DNA of 63,837 nucleotides, filler included, from Octopus bimaculoides (Eukaryota), in assembly GCF_001194135.2 (NCBI RefSeq). It is 6 parts of 4 records of this genome, joined end to end, with 100 filler letters (N's around TTAATTAATTAA, not from the genome) between each part and the next. Parts side by side here need not be neighbours in the genome. Positions count along the whole stretch, not along the records: positions 46,846 to 62,554 come from NC_068983.1; 5 more parts are not named here. One strand, 5' to 3'. The position numbers were made by a program, and so were the translations under genes. Shown here in pieces: positions 51,120 through 62,487 of the stretch. The stretch's first letter is position 1. Each line of letters opens with the position of its first letter. The notes beneath the pieces were generated by a model. That model had not been told where the DNA came from. It saw only the letters and a list, made by a program, of their open reading frames with translations, and searched no databases.

Positions 51120-51981
51120 TAATAGTGCCAGTAATAAGAACTTAGGACAAACTCAACCGTTAGATATATAATGAGAATAAATTTATTAACAAAGTGAAAC
51201 TGTTTGTGTCTGTTTGTGCGTGCATGCGACATATAAAATTAACACAGTAGATAAATCAGGCCTTTTGATACAAGAGAAGGTATACAACAATGTGAAGTGA
51301 CGGACAATATTATAAGCAATAGTGTGTGTACAATATGTGAGTGAGAGAAAGTAACACAGAACATAGAAAGAGTGTCTATAGAGAAAAATCAGTTCGTATT
51401 AAAGTTACACAAGATTTAGAATGTTTATACGCAGGAAGTTGTGGTCAAGGAGCAGAGCTGTAGTATCACAATGTATGTGTTGAGCGTCGAATGCTGCGAC
51501 CTGTGTTACCTGGTACGGAATATTCTGGCTGGTTAGTTCTGACTATTGTTCGTGAGTGGAAACAATCCACTCAACAGCGTCGATAAAACCTGGTTTGTTG
51601 ATATTGGTGTGTCCCTGGTGGTGGGATTGCTGGCGCACGACATTGTGGTAGACAGTACATTGGTGGTGAAGACGTCGGCACTGGAACTGGCTGTAGCTGT
51701 GTTCTGTATATGTGTGGTCAACGACCAGACCTGTGAGAGATCTAGAATCGAAGACGATTGCCGTCGTTGGATCGGGCTTATTTATAGGCGAAAAAGGGCT
51801 CACCGGAAACCCAGTAAAACTCTATCTCACGTGACTTTATCCCAAAGCCACGATTGGATGTAATGCCCCCTTAGCAAGCAGAACATGGGGACAATTGCCG
51901 CGCAAAAATAAGAACCAATCAGGATGATGGACAGAAGGGTCCAAGGCAGCCGAAGACTAGATGTTAGCAGCTTCGTTATCA
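51120..51981 (-). mobile_element. LTR-like promoter unit (possible solo LTR)
   Basis: On the minus strand: begins TG at 51981; CCAAT boxes (51915-19, 51853-57), CACGTG (51828-33), TATAAATA (51779-86), AATAAA near 51184. No TSD found; left limit uncertain. Confidence 0.45.
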
Positions 51982-53766
51982 TTTATGATTGAATGCCCGA
52001 GAGAGAAGTTTCACTACACTTTCAAGAAACTTATCATTTAAATCTATATCAGCATGTCTAGATATGCAACTATATGCACGAGAATACATATATACAAATT
52101 TGCACATATGCATGCATACATACATACATACATACATACATACATACATACAAACAAACAAAAATACCCAGTTGTTCATGTTGAAACTCCAATGAAGAAG
52201 CCTTGAATCTAAGTTAGAAACAGGCTCTTTCTCTATTGGCAAGAAATCTTGAAATAAACTGAACAATGACAGACAGACATACGTAAATACATATATTTGG
52301 GTACATTATCCACTTTCTCTAAACAAATGTTTGACCTTCCAGTGACTGTTGACATTTTATAATGACAAACATTTTTACATTTCATGGTAACAAAATTACA
52401 TAATAAAGCCTAAAGAGAAATCTCATTTCTCTTTATTGTCTAAAAATATTCCATCTTTGAGCCTATTTATGGTATATTTTTCACTAAAGGGCAATTCATC
52501 TGGATTCGAACGATGTTGCCAATCCATCACATGTACAGAAACAATATCAATAAAGCATTATACGACTGCCCTAAAGCAGCTTTACTCAGGTAAATGGGAA
52601 TCGTATGAAGAATCAGATTAGAATCAAAGGGCAATAACTCTAACACACTTTTAGCAAAGTATCATAACAATCGAAATATGAACGAAGTTACTTCGTTCGA
52701 CTGAAAGTTGTCCCGACTGTTGGGGAAAAATGATACTGAAGCTGGCTAACTAGCCAGAATACTTGGAACAAAATGAACTCAACTAAAGGGACTCAAAGGT
52801 TATATGGTGGTGTTAAACTGGGTGACAATCTATCGTTTAATAATTCAGAATATAAAGAGCTCGAGCATGGATGGAATTCGTGCACTTTAAAAGCTTATAC
52901 TATAAATAAAATGTAGTTGACGACTCTTAATTTTTGCATAAGAGTGTGTGTAGGTGCGCGTGGAATTTCCACGGGTTTCGCTTGTACGAAACATTTGATA
53001 CATAATATTAAAAAAACGGTCATTATATTTCTTAAGCAAAATATATGCATATACGACCAATGAAATTATTGGTATATAATTTAATTATCACTTGTAGTAT
53101 AGAATGTATAATCAAAAGAACACATGCATTAAGTCAACTGACAATATTCAATTAAATGGATTTCTGTAAGTCTTTTTTTTTTATTTTCACTATTTTTTTT
53201 AGACTGGGTGGAAACTAATGAATAGCTCGCCTGGCTGAAAGAAGCAGTCCATACCAAGCAGCATTTTCATTGTGACATAGGGAGAGAGTTTCCGTGTGTA
53301 TTGTATACTATGCCCCAGTCGACATAAATTCAAGAGTACAATTGTTACTTTTGATGGGGTTTTTTTTATTGTGGCAAACTGGCAGAATTTGTTTCATATT
53401 TTTGACACCGTACAATATAAAGTTATTTGCCTTGTGTGAGATTCCCATCATACTCTTGCTCTCTTTACCAAAAACCCTGATCGTTCTCATCGAACTATTA
53501 AGTTATTTTTGTCTCTAAACCCTTATTCTCTGTTAGCAGGGATGCTTATGCGCCAATTGTGATCGATATCAATAACTAATATGAAGTAGTATAACCCCTC
53601 TGAAAAAGTAATAAGTCTATTTAAGTTAACTAATGAAACTTTGGTTCAACACCGTTAGCGAAGAGGGACTTATATACAAAAACACTTTTAGTGTATTTAA
53701 TTGTAGAGTTTTCATAAAATTTGTAAGGTTTCTCCAGCATACCTACACAAGTGTGCCCTGATGACA

Positions 53767-53981
53767 TTTGTTCCCCGCGTAACTTTCAGAAATTTTCTAC
53801 ATATACCGTTCAGATGATATAAGTTACGGTTCCAAAGTTCATTTTGTAGATATACAAGTGATTCGTATCAGTACGTATGTGTGTCCGCTCACCAATTTTT
53901 TGTTGTTGTTTCTCAATGAATTCTGACAGAACCGTAATCTAGCCATCTGATCAATTTTTCTGAAAGTTATGAGGGAACAAA
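53767..53981. mobile_element. MITE-like inverted-repeat element
   Basis: tttgttccccgcgtaactttcagaaatt (53767-94) vs the reverse complement of aatttttctgaaagttatgagggaacaaa (53953-81). Confidence 0.7.
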
Positions 53982-54514
53982 CTTCCTTCCTCACTCAGAA
54001 AATGCTTTCACGATAAGTTCCAATGTAATCGTAACCAACTCAGTCTGAAATGTGTTTGTAGATAATTTGATTCGTAGAAATATTCATTTTCCTGAAAGTT
54101 ACGATGAAACAAAGTCAGAGGTGGATCTGTATGCTTATATATACCAGATTCTCCATACGGGGTATGCAAGAGAAATAACGATGGTATAAGAGGTTTGTAA
54201 AAATACTGGAATTTTGAAGTAATCACAACCAACTAAACTCATGTCTAGAAAATGTTTTGGGAACCTATTGTTGTTCTCATCCACTTATGGCCGTGAACAA
54301 GGTATTCAGCAAAGTTTATAATCAAAGACAAATTTCGCAAGACTATCAATTGAGACGGTGCCTAGAAGAACGGTCTAAGTTTATTCACCTCATTAAAAAT
54401 GTAACATGAAATTAAATTGATTTCTTATATAGGCACTAGGTTAGAAGTTTCGTAAGAGGGAAAAGTCGATTTTCTTGACTCCAATACTTCACAAATAGTA
54501 ATTTTATTCACTCC

Positions 54515-54822
54515 ATGGCGGCCGGGCAGAATGTTTAGTGTTAGTTATTTCGGCATAACTACAGGGTTTTACCCCCCAGACTTTCTGAAAGTTATGACCT
54601 CCCAAAGTCTGGGGGGTAAAACCCTGTAGTTATGCCGTTATTTCTTCTATCTTTACATTCTGAGTTCAAATTCCGCTGAAGTCGACTTTGCCTTTCATTT
54701 TTTTTTTTTTTTTTTTGGCGGGGGCGTCAATAAAATAAGTACCAGTTGAGTACTGGAGTCGATGTAATCGACTTACCCACTCCCCTGAAATTGCTGGCCT
54801 TGTGCCAAAATTTGAAATCAAT
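54515..54822 (+). mobile_element. SINE family A interrupted by a micro-MITE
   Basis: SINE body resumes after 54644: ctttacattctgagttcaaattccgctgaagtcgactttgcc...aagtaccagttgagtactggagtcgatgtaatcgac. Confidence 0.88.
54552..54636. mobile_element. 85-bp micro-MITE, perfect 33-bp TIRs, 8-bp TSD
   Basis: TIR ggcataactacagggttttaccccccagacttt (54552-84) / aaagtctggggggtaaaaccctgtagttatgcc (54604-36); TSD gttatttc at 54544-51 and 54637-44. Confidence 0.95.
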
Positions 54823-56750
54823 ATTTTATTCACTCCGGAAAGATTAAAGTCGAAGTTAACCCCAGTTGGATTTGAACTCTTTTGAATGTCTACTGTCTTC
54901 TCTATATTATCCAGCCATTTTACACACGGGGTATGCCAACACTGCCAGGTATTATGAAGGGTTTATACCGGAACTTGTTTGCCAATGCATCACGTCACCC
55001 GCCACAAGTGATCTGCGCGGAGAAAAAGGTGCGTTCTAGGTAGCTTTATCATATATAATAGATAAGCCAAGCCAGAATTAAAACAGTTTAATATATACCT
55101 GTGCCTCCGAAGGAACTTGGCAAATTTGTTTTTCTAAAAGACATAATCAAAAGGGGGATGTATAGGTGTCTACTGAGAAGTGGTAATATATAAGATGAAA
55201 GTTCTTTGTTAAAGTCCTTGATCGAAACGTTAGTCGTCACTTTTCATGGCAATCCCGCGTAATTCATGTTTATATTTTCTAGTCCAAACCATCATTGTCC
55301 TACAAACACTTAATTTGTCAAACACGAGTGAGAAAATGTGATCACCAGAAAAGACGCTAGAATTTAATCGGATACATACATGTAATAAATACGGATTAGT
55401 AAAACAGAGTTTTAAGAGATTACAAATAAAAAACTTTATATGTTTGAAGTTACTGTTAAGGTTCTGGCCTAGCAGAAAACATTCCACAATAAATCATGTA
55501 ATAATAATATTTAAATAATTAAATATAAACAAAACATTAGAGTACCTTTCGATTTCTCTAGAAGTAATCCAAGTACCATTCCTAAAAGAATGGCACTGAA
55601 AGGGCCACTGGAAACAAATTTATTTTGGCCTAACCACATATTCTTGCTGTCAAAGAGGATTAGTTCTGTCAAACACGTGTCTTGTTTGTAGAAGAATTAG
55701 AAAAATAAACGTCTATTTCTTCATTCAAACTTTTCTTTTACATATTTGTCGTCTGTTTTGTTTTACAGCCGCAACTTTATGACAAATGATTGTTGTGATT
55801 GGGAATAGACAAGGGACGTTATTCATACTAACAAAAACATTGGTACTCTTCTGTGTACGAAGCCAAGTGCCACATATGTACTTTTACTAACGAAATGTGC
55901 TTATTGGAATTATGTCTTGCTGTGAGCTTTTTAAAGTTTAATTAACTGTCGGGAAAATGAGTGCTCATAACCATAACATAATGCCTGATTTGATCAGCAG
56001 CAGTGTTACCGTAGATATTTCTAATTCCGGTTACAACGGTGAGTTGAATGGATAAGTTCAAAAAGTGCATGAATAGAAAGTTGAAATGTTTATCTCAAAC
56101 GGGAATTTTATTTATCCAAATAATTAACATGTTTAAGTAGGGTTCATTTAATAGTTAAACTGGCAAGGCATATATTCTGTAGCAATAACAAATTTATAAT
56201 ACATGGACTCGTTTTTTTTTAAATTTTAGCTGCGTAAAATCCAAAAGAAATTATTGGAAAAATATTCCATAGGATAGGTTTAGGGTTATCGACCGGTCTT
56301 CTGAATTCTTGGAATGATAGAACGCCACACAACTTGAAATGTGTCGTATCTGTCCCTAATAGAAGTGTTGCGACATAATTGTCTATCATCTTCGATCTAG
56401 TGTTGCCAGGTATTCGCCATTTTAAACTAAATGTTATATGGCTATCAACAACTTCTAAATCATAACTCAGTTAACTATACTCTTCATTTTGTTGATCCCA
56501 ATGATCCAACTTTGCGCACAAACACTACAAAAAGTAAATTTCGAGTGATGTCCAAATATTGTTTATGCCATGTCGAGAGATACAGTTGATACTGCTTATG
56601 CCGAATGCTGGTCAATATGTATGAAGTTTTGGAAAACTCCTGGGAAATAACCATAGCGAGGGACATTCCACAGTTGAATTAGAACAGTCACAAACAGTGA
56701 AAGAAGACATGCACCCAGCACCAGAGCCGAAAACACCTCCGAAAGGGGGT

Positions 56751-56765
56751 GGCCCCGCCACGTCA
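56751..56765 (-). promoter_or_regulatory. GC box abutting a TGACGTGG (UPRE/XBP1-type) motif
   Basis: ggccccgCCACGTCA; CCACGTCA at 56758-65 is the reverse complement of TGACGTGG, about 1 kb upstream of the first recognisable SLC30A6 exon. Motif match only. Confidence 0.3.
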
Positions 56766-57732
56766 AAACAGTAGAGGAATAAGGGCCGAAACCGGACGTG
56801 GTTCCTCCTGATGATGTCTTGAGCTAACTGGATCCTATAAAGGAGCTGTTGTGGTAGCAGACCACGAAACATGGTTGAAATTCCTTCCTATGTTGCTAGA
56901 CTGATGTTCATCATCACCATTTCCAATGTCCATTTATTCAATGTTAGTATAGGTCGGACGGAATTTGTTGAGGCAAATTTTCTACAGCCGAATGCCCTTC
57001 CTATCGCCAGCCATAACCTGATTTCCGAACAAAGTAATATTTCTGTGTGACCAGACATGTCTCGGGAGATTGGAAACAAAGGACGTATCTTGCATGACGG
57101 AGATACTCGCTTCCAACTATCACGTAATGACAAGATAAGGAGGCAGTAACACACACATACACAAACGACGGTCTTCTTTCAGTTTCCATCTACCAAGTTC
57201 ACTCACAGGGCCGGTCTGGGACTGTAGAAGATGCTTTCCCAAGTTGTTGTGCAGTGGGATTGTGAAACCACTTAGTTGGGAAATGGACTTCAACACATCC
57301 ATACCAGCACACGTGTGTGTCCAACATTAACTCAAAACTATTTCAGTTTCTACATACTTTCTATGTTAGTTGTGGACCTTCTCACAATTTGGTCGTATTA
57401 AACATCAAAAATATATTGACTGCCACATCCATTTGCTGTTATCTATTCCTAGCTACATAAGAACTAATCTGACTCAAAGCACCAACTGATTGTTAAACGG
57501 ACTCGTTAAACTTCATATTTTAGCTGCATCTCTGAACACCATGCATTACTCTCTTCTGTAATTATTTTTGGTTTAGTTTTTGCCTTACAAATATTCTTTC
57601 TTCTGTTTACTACTTACTATTCATGAAACTACCATCCTGATATCCAAACTTTACTGATTATATGTGTTTAATTCAGTTGTATTATCACTTTTAAAAATGT
57701 CCTTACATATGTTCCCTTTGATTTGTTTTTAG

Positions 57733-57785
57733 TTCTAGGAAATAAAGAATCTGCCAGTTGTATAGTACCAAAGTATCAACCACTT
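57733..57785 (+). CDS. SLC30A6: Probable upstream coding exon of SLC30A6 (xLGNKESASCIVPKYQPL)
   Basis: Acceptor tttgttttttAG (alternative AG at 57737-38), donor GTAAGT at 57786, open frame, phase-0 end as needed before a GTI..F exon. No homology recognised for this exon itself. Confidence 0.5.
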
Positions 57786-57905
57786 GTAAGTACAAGAAAT
57801 ACAGATTTTTTTTTCTCGGTGTGTGATGAGTGAAATGGATTTTATTGGAGCTTTGAATACTTAAGTATTAAATAGGAATAGAGTCTGTTGATGGCCAGGC
57901 AAATT

Positions 57906-58109
57906 CTTTTTTTTTTTCCTACTCTAGGCACCAGGACCGACATTTTGGGGGAGAAGAGGTCAGTTGATTAGATTGACCCCAGTATGCAACTGGTACTTAA
58001 TTTATCGACTCTGAAAGGATGAAAGGCAAAGTCGACGTCGGTGGAATTTGAACTCAGAACATAAAGACAGACAAAATACAGCTAAGCATTTTGCACGGTG
58101 TGCTAATGT
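57906..58109 (-). mobile_element. 5'-truncated SINE family A with 18-bp TSD, intronic
   Basis: TSD ttgatggccaggcaaatt at 57888-57905 and 58110-58127. Confidence 0.92.
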
Positions 58110-59529
58110 TTGATGGCCAGGCAAATTGAAACAGAATTTTGTGTGCTAGAGCCTTGCAATGAGGTTTGAAATCATGACAATTTGATTGGTAGTTTTAAAA
58201 GATTAGACTCACAATTGTTATGTCTTGTAATTAACATTTTTGTGGCAATGGGTTTTGCAATGATAATTTGAGTGATGTTATCTCTGAAGAAAGAGTAGTT
58301 TCTGCAACAGTTAAGACAGTAAGGTAGTTGTGAGGTAGTGTACATTTGAGCTAGAAGGTCTGTGTCTGTATCTATTGTTTAGTGTATATATCCTGAGGTG
58401 GCAACTTTCTAGTATGTTGAAGGTTATAATGCAGAGATAAATGATGTAAAATGTTTTTATTAGAAGCATTGCAGGGCTTTGGAGTTGCCAAAATGGTGGT
58501 AGGTTACTAAACTAAATGCGGTTGATCTTACATTTCATTCCTCTAGCATCAATAAATATGTATAAAGCACTTCAGTAATTATACAAATCTTCTATAAATG
58601 TAGTTTTGTGCCAATATTATTTATTTGCACAGTCATTTTTGAATTACTTTTGCCACTTTAGAGCAATAACTATTGATCTCTTTAACTCAAGTTGGACTTT
58701 ATGTGATAAACACAGCTTTATGTTCTTGTATCTCTTTTTATTCTTCTGGAATATAAAGAAGAAATTGCAAGTGAGACATAAAACTTGTCTCAACTAACCT
58801 CTAAAATTTTAGACCTTTAACAAAAGATTTTTGTCAACAAAATCGTTTTTTTTTTTTTNNNNNNNNNNNNNNNNNNNNNNNNNNNNNNNNNNNNNNNNNN
58901 NNNNNNNNNNNNNNNNNNNNNNNNNNNNNNNNNNNNNNNNNNNNNNNNNNNNNNNNNNNNNNNNNNNNNNNNNNNNNNNNNNNNNNNNNNNNNNNNNNNN
59001 NNNNNNNNNNNNNNNNNNNNNNNNNNNNNNNNNNNNNNNNNNNNNNNNNNNNNNNNNNNNNNNNNNNNNNNNNNNNNNNNNNNNNNNNNNNNNNNNNNNN
59101 NNNNNNNTTTTTTTTTTTTTTTTTTTTTTGGTTATGAATGATCAGAATTAATATTAGAATTAATAAAACCCAGAATCCAAGAAAACTAATGATATTCTGT
59201 GTTGGGGAAAAGACAGTTTATAAATTTCTAAATAATATTTAGATCTGACTCTTCAGAAGAGGAAAACTAATCTATAACGAGAAGATAATTATGCCAGTTG
59301 TTGATTATTGGAATTAATCATTGCATTTTACTGAGGCAATGTTATTAACACAGCATCAAAATAAGGTTTTAGTGTAGTGCTTACCATTGTTCTGTTACTG
59401 TTCCTACATATGATTTAAGTTTATTTTTGCACAAAAAGAAATTGATTGTAAAATTATGGTTTTTAAACGCAAAGAAAATTCATTTACATATACTTAATAT
59501 TTTAATACATTTTCTCAAATCTGTTTTAG

Positions 59530-59614
59530 GCTCAGAAAATTCTCTTAGTTGGTGCTATAAATGTTATTGGAACCATCATCTTGTTACTATGGTGTCATTC
59601 TACAGGAAGCATGG
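59530..59614 (+). CDS. SLC30A6: Zinc transporter 6 exon (TM1): AQKILLVGAINVIGTIILLLWCHSTGSM
   Basis: ttttAG|GCT...ATGG|GTATGT, 85 nt; matches vertebrate ZnT6 SWKILLFGVINLICTGFLLMWCSSTNSI as recalled; in frame with the next exon. Confidence 0.93.
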
Positions 59615-61803
59615 GTATGTTTTTCTTACTTTTTAAGGCATTAATGGTTTCTTTTGAAAGAATTATGATTGTACATCAATTATTTTGTTATATAACATAC
59701 ATACATGGGTTGGACAAAAGCAGACAAATGCTTGGATTCTCCAATGTTTGTCTGCTTCTGTCCAACCCTTGCCAGTATGGACAACAGATGCTAAATGATG
59801 ATGATGATGATGACAACACCTCTACAACATTCATAGAATATGCAGACGGCATAATAAACAACATATAACAACACACAAATATATTCTGCGCTTTCACAAG
59901 CCCTATATTTGGCATCACAAAGAGACAATAACATTAGTGCACAAACAAAAATTTGATCCATCAGGGATTATACCTAATCTGCCTGCACTCCCAACTCTTA
60001 CCCTATGCTCCACAACATATAAACTACAAAAGAACAAAACATTGCACTTCATACCGTAGTAGGTTGCACAAAGGTTCCACCAGCTCAGTGAAACAAAATA
60101 CTAAAAATGAAAGAGCTCTTGGATATGCAAAGGACACAATTTGTCATCACAGCAATCTCCAATCCTGAGAGCCCCTGCTGCTACATACAGGCACATTTAC
60201 AGTATTTCAGAACACCATTTCTTCCATTCTGGGTAAACAGAATGGGTTTTGGGTTTGTTGTGGATGAAGGAAGAGGAGGAGACCATGATTCATTGGGTGT
60301 TACTAAGCCTTTTTTTCAATCTCTGTAAGTAGCCCAGCTAAGATGTCAGTGGTCATAGAAAGGTTTCTCATTTTTTCAAAATATGGTACATATTGAAGCA
60401 ACAAATTGAATATCGTCTTGAGGTTTACCATGGAACTTAATCTTTTTATCATCTGATGGTAATCCTCAGCTAGGAGAACTTATCCATATATACTCTCTGA
60501 CAAATAGTGGCACCAAGCACAGCAAAGCACAATGGGAATGAGCCTTAAGAGATTGTGATATTATCATCATCGTTTAACATCCATGTTCCACGCTGGCATG
60601 GGTTGGACGATTTGACAGGAACTGATGTGTCCAAAGACTGCATTGAGCTCCAAGTTCTACATTGGCATTGTTTTTATAGCTGGATGCCCTTCCTAAAACA
60701 GCCAGTTTACAGCATGAATTGAGTGCTTTCTTCATGTTACCTTCACTATTGAGGTTGCCATGCAGTTCACAGGACTATGAGCCCTAGGGTAGCTGAGCTT
60801 CATGCTTGATGAGGGAATTACTATGAGAGTGGGGAAGGCAGAGCAGGTTCCTGCAGAGGGACCTGCATGGTTACAACTAGTGGTCCAAAAGCTTGTAACA
60901 GTAAACTCCACTAAAAAGTAAGACATCTCTTCGTGATTGGTTAACCTACAAGAAATACCAGCTAAATAAATCTCTCTAAAATCACACCCAACCATCTTAA
61001 AATAGGAAGAACACATTGGACAATGTAGTCTTAGATATACAGCTGTGCTGGTATTAAGTCTTCCTTGGTTTTACTACAGAATCTTGCATACCATTATATA
61101 ACATATTCACTTGTGGAAATAATACAAGAAACAAACTTTAAAAATAACAGCAAGACTTTATTCTTCCAGTAAATAATACAGTGGACAAAATAAACACATC
61201 ATCCATTGTTTGGATAATTCAGCTCTGGCCATTGTTGATTACTTGTGCTTCATTATAATAGCAGGAAAAATAACATGACTTACCTTCATGAAAATCGCTC
61301 ACCTCTCTGTCATAGATGTTTTGTTAAAACAATATACAGATAGAGGTAGACTCCAATGTAGGTTCAGGTTAGTTGTTTGAGAATGTATTACGCACAACGT
61401 GATTGGCTCCTTGATCCATATCCTGTGCAATACTTGACCAATCAAAGCACAGGACTCAACCAATGTTCTAAACTCACTTGATAAGTCAGATGAGCAATCA
61501 CTACAGATTATTGTGCAGAGCCTATAAAAGGCTAGTCAACTGCAATATGCCATAATAAAAATTGATCTCAATATATATATATAAAAAAGATTGGACAGTT
61601 ACTGCTGGAATGTTTTTAATGATAAAGTAACTCAATCAGGGCTAGAGCTACGCAACAACAAAAATGCAAAACCTAGGCCATGTTTTCTTTATCATAAGGC
61701 CAACACATTATACTGTCACAAGCATTAAATCCTCCTCTAGTTACTAAACCTATGTTACTGTTACATCGCTCATAACCTGCACCTATCTATTTTATTCTTA
61801 CAG

Positions 61804-61846
61804 CTCTCACAGCCTACACTTATCTTACAATATTTGACATTTTCAG
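61804..61846 (+). CDS. SLC30A6: Zinc transporter 6 exon (TM2): ALTAYTYLTIFDIFS
   Basis: tttattcttacAG|...TTTTCAG|GTAAGA, 43 nt, phase 1 to 2; near-identical to ZnT6 ALTAYTYLTIFDLFS. Confidence 0.96.
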
Positions 61847-61969
61847 GTAAGATTTCTTTTGTTTTTACATTTCATATTCAAAACTCTTTACACCACATTC
61901 TTCCTCATTATATGATGCAACAGTGATCTGCTTGGGATTATCTAAATGTGATTTCAATTTTTTTTCCAG

Positions 61970-62035
61970 TTTGTTAACATGTCTGCTTACACTATGGATT
62001 CAATATCAACGATCATCTTCTATATATTCTTTTGG
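61970..62035 (+). CDS. SLC30A6: Zinc transporter 6 exon: SLLTCLLTLWIQYQRSSSIYSFG
   Basis: ttttttttccAG|...TTTGG|GTAAGG, 66 nt, phase 2 to 2; matches ZnT6 SLMTCLISYWVTLRKPSPVYSFG. Confidence 0.94.
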
Positions 62036-62184
62036 GTAAGGGTTTTTTTTTGTTTTCCTCCTTATTTTTGGTACTCATTTTACAAAGTAAGTATTGTAAA
62101 CATTGTTAACTTCTTTATAAACATTGTGTATATCATGTTGTGTGAATAATTTTTCTTTTCAAATTCTGAAAATGCTTGTAGTAA

Positions 62185-62335
62185 CGCCTTGTCTCATGCG
62201 CATGCGTAGTCATCAATATCCAAGTTTGGCGCCCTGATTCTTTCTCTTTTCTCGCCGGCCGGCGGAGAGGTCGGACGTCCAGCCCAGAGCTCTCTCACAT
62301 AAGGCGTCTCAGCAACCAATTTAAGGCTGCCTATT
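62185..62335. promoter_or_regulatory. CpG-rich patch with an NRF1-like site inside an SLC30A6 intron
   Basis: TGCGCATGCGTA at 62197-62208 (11/12 to the NRF1 consensus); ctcgccggccggcgg; abrupt return of CpG after a CpG-poor gene body. Confidence 0.45.
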
Positions 62336-62453
62336 TCCTCCATAAATAAATATTGTTGTGTTGATAGTTCGGAGTCAGCGTTTCGTTGTTATTTAGAATT
62401 GAATATAGGAAAGCAGGTGTACACCTAATGGTGTATAACCACTTTCCTAAAAG

Positions 62454-62487
62454 TGGTGACCCTCCGACGTGATTCAAACACGCAGCC
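62454..62487 (-). pseudogene. tRNA-Trp 3' half ending in CCA
   Basis: Minus strand GGCTGCGTGTTTGAATCACGTCGGAGGGTCACCA vs recalled tRNA-Trp GGCTGCGTGTTCGAATCACGTCGGGGTCA(CCA). No 5' half; 11-bp direct repeats actttcctaaa at 62441-51 and 62508-18. Confidence 0.7.

Noticed and set aside
56612-56872. Minus-strand ORF starting MFRGLLPQQLLYR, resembling a mitochondrial presequence
   Set aside because: No convincing donor or homology; the opposite strand reads like low-complexity LINE ORF1 debris.
59880-60545. Coding-like intronic stretch (ORFs 59953-60168, 60107-60328)
   Set aside because: Every frame is interrupted, and I could not match any motif or a consistent splice pair.
61979-62035. ATG-initiated reading MSAYTMDSISTIIFYIFFW as a first coding exon
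   Set aside because: Wrong frame: phase continuity with the 43-nt exon gives the ZnT6 sequence SLLTCLLTLW instead.
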